DNA of 64,000 nucleotides from Amphiscolops sp. MND2022. Lineage: Eukaryota. Positions 61,942 to 64,000 of the stretch are shown one piece after another (within the stretch, counting starts at the first letter, position 1; every line of letters starts with the position of its first letter). The notes under the pieces were generated by a model. The model saw only the letters and a program-made list of their open reading frames with translations. It searched no databases and was not told the DNA's origin. The DNA is taken from the NCBI GenBank assembly GCA_964187785.1, contig OZ076417.1:36394001-36458000 (forward strand), written 5' to 3'. A program made the position numbers and the translations under genes.

Positions 61942-62764
61942 GTGGGTGGAACTGAGTTGAAACGCAATATCTTCGAGTAGAAACCAAAGTAGATACCCAA
62001 ACGTTTTTCACTAACTGACTGACGCCTACCAGTTAAATGTTTTTATTTGAAGAATTCTAGTGATACTCTATGCTTATAACAGTTTTTTTTACCGTCAACT
62101 TGGGAATAGTACTTGAGAAGAAAATCAATACTTCGAAAACAATCCTATTTTATATGCATTGCTTGAAGATTTTGCTAGTAGACGAATTCTGTGCGAGAAA
62201 ACACAATTCATTCAAAATCTTTGAAGTGGACAGTTCAGTTCCAACATTTTACAGGGAACATTTTTCTCAAGCAGGGATTTTTATGCTTCAAACACAAACG
62301 CTTCAACACATGTTGAAATAAAGCTCTAATTCTTGTTCGTAGTAACCAACCAACTTCTTGACTTAGTTAGTTGACCTAATTTTTTAACCGTGTTCCATAT
62401 AGGAAAAAGGGGAAAGTTTAGAAATTTGGCAAGTCTACATTTCAAACTCAAAAGATACTGGCTGTCCAAAGGTTCGAGGACGGGGAAACTAGTTTGGTAG
62501 CATTTATATTTAGGGAAAGATTTTCTTTTTTTGGAAAAAAAATGTATCGAATGATGCCCCCAAAATTCTCTAAAAATCAAATTTTCGAACTTTTGTTGCC
62601 ATAGCCAACGACAAAAACATTCGCTCCTCATCATATTCACAAAAGGGCATCATCGTTATTACAAATCGAACGGAGTTGCCTTTCCGGAGTCGAAATATTT
62701 AGAATCCAAATTTGCAATCAAACTATCTAGAGTCGAATTATCTATGATCGGAATCTAACGGATC

Positions 62765-63267
62765 AACAAGACGGGAACGTCTAAAGTCGGCGCTATATCT
62801 AAGGCTAAAATAGCGCGAAAGGCTTTTTTTGGAAAAAAAACTTGAAATTTTTGAATTTTTTTCTTTCAGAAAATGACGCATAAAGCCGAAAAATGTAAAA
62901 GGGGGACCCTTTGGGCTTTATTAACATATATTCTGTTGCAAATTATCAAAAAACTTGAAAGGGGGACTCTTTTTAGACATTAAAAAATTTTCGAAAAAAA
63001 GACGCACAATGCCGAAAAAAAATCGAAAGGGGGGACCCTTTGACCTTGTCCGGTTTTGTATTTGTAGGTTTCGTTAAAATAGTAAAAAATGAAAGGGGAA
63101 ACCTTTTGCACTAATTTCCGCTGACCGGACTTGGCCTTATGGTAGTAGTTTTAGTAGTTTCAATTGTTAGAAAATTGGCCCAAATAGAGTGAGATTGTAG
63201 TCTGACGAAAAAAAAACTAGCCACTGTAAGTGTCGGGCACTTTTCTCTAGAAAAGCGCCGACTAAAA
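62765..63267 (-). mobile_element. Helentron/DINE-like non-autonomous repeat (same family as 36637-37188)
   Basis: AGTCGGCGCT / AGCGCCGACT subterminal inverted repeat, 3' hairpin AGACG-TTCC-CGTCT then TGTT, GGGGGACCCTTT units. Confidence 0.6.
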
Positions 63268-63599
63268 TGATCTTTTCAATGTAAATTTAGAAACCAGAAC
63301 TGATTGTTTGACTCGGCTTTCCTCTTTCCGGGGCACTTTACGCTCCTCCAGATAGATCTTCGTCATAAGCTGCCGCATAAGCTTCGCCCTTGCATATAAG
63401 GCACTATAGCTATTGTGTATCATTTAAGAAATTTTTGCAAACCTTTCGAACCTAAATACTCGACGTGAAAGCTTGGTTGGTAGCGTGAGAGACTGCGACA
63501 TAAAAGTTTCGCTGATCAAGACCGCAGTTGGTGTCGGTTTTACTTGTTTTCATTAACTTTTGTTAGCTTTTAGCTTTTCTCTTGAAACTTTTGGCAACA

Positions 63600-64000
63600 T
63601 CTTGCAAAAACGTACATATTGTAACGTCAGGACACCTGTCAAAACATCAAACTGTAAAAATGGAGGAAAAACACAATGCGTAAGCATCTCCAACCAGAGC
63701 CAGGTCGTACTTGGCGTCAATCACCAGAGAGCCAGCTTTTTTAAAACCAGTAAGGGAAGCCCTCCAAGACGACACCCATCCCTCTGTGGTCGCCATACAA
63801 TGTTGTCTCCATGTAACGCCAAGTTCTCACCATTGTAGTCATCTCGTCATAGAGAAAGAGGAGCCTATGACTTGGGTGTTTGCCCGGGACAAGCGCCCAT
63901 GGCCACAGGGCCATTTTGCCTCCTAGGTAGAAGTTGTCCCCTCAGGAGGGGGTAGTCGTCTCTTAAGGAGCCCTCGCCAGCTTTATCCAGTCTTTAATTG
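63600..64000. other. GC-rich coding-like stretch cut by the window edge, unassigned
   Basis: GC content is visibly above the flanks and short open frames occur on both strands. No recognisable motif. Confidence 0.25.

Overview
AT-rich, intron-containing animal genomic DNA dominated by transposable elements. The repeat content reminds me of acoel worms, but I cannot verify that. There are no prokaryotic-type features. (1) Gypsy-type element A (minus strand, runs off the left edge to 10633) has a 1.93-kb LTR that contains the first 189 codons of gag, a -1 frameshift heptamer, and PR / dUTPase-like / RT / RH / IN domains. In the env position it carries a spliced antisense gene encoding an apparently catalytically dead hAT-transposase-like protein. 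This is the best candidate for an undescribed system. (2) Two solo LTRs of the same group (25729-27441, 54052-55908) and one LTR fragment (ending 38251) confirm the LTR boundaries. (3) Two full-length short-LTR Gypsy elements with perfect 5-bp TSDs are present: B (17737-23689, decayed) and C (46013-52063, near-intact). Both have a WLDD RT motif and a shared unknown domain between RNase H and integrase. (4) Other elements are an internally deleted hAT (31772-32798), Tc1-like MITEs, Helentron/DINE-like repeats, a tRNA-derived SINE and a LINE endonuclease fragment. (5) Scattered host exons include a class C GPCR gene or pseudogene (25-31 kb), a small two-exon secreted-protein gene (43674-44484) and a single-pass membrane protein gene (from 59584). 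A 200-N gap lies at 40399-40598. All gene models and family assignments were made by eye.
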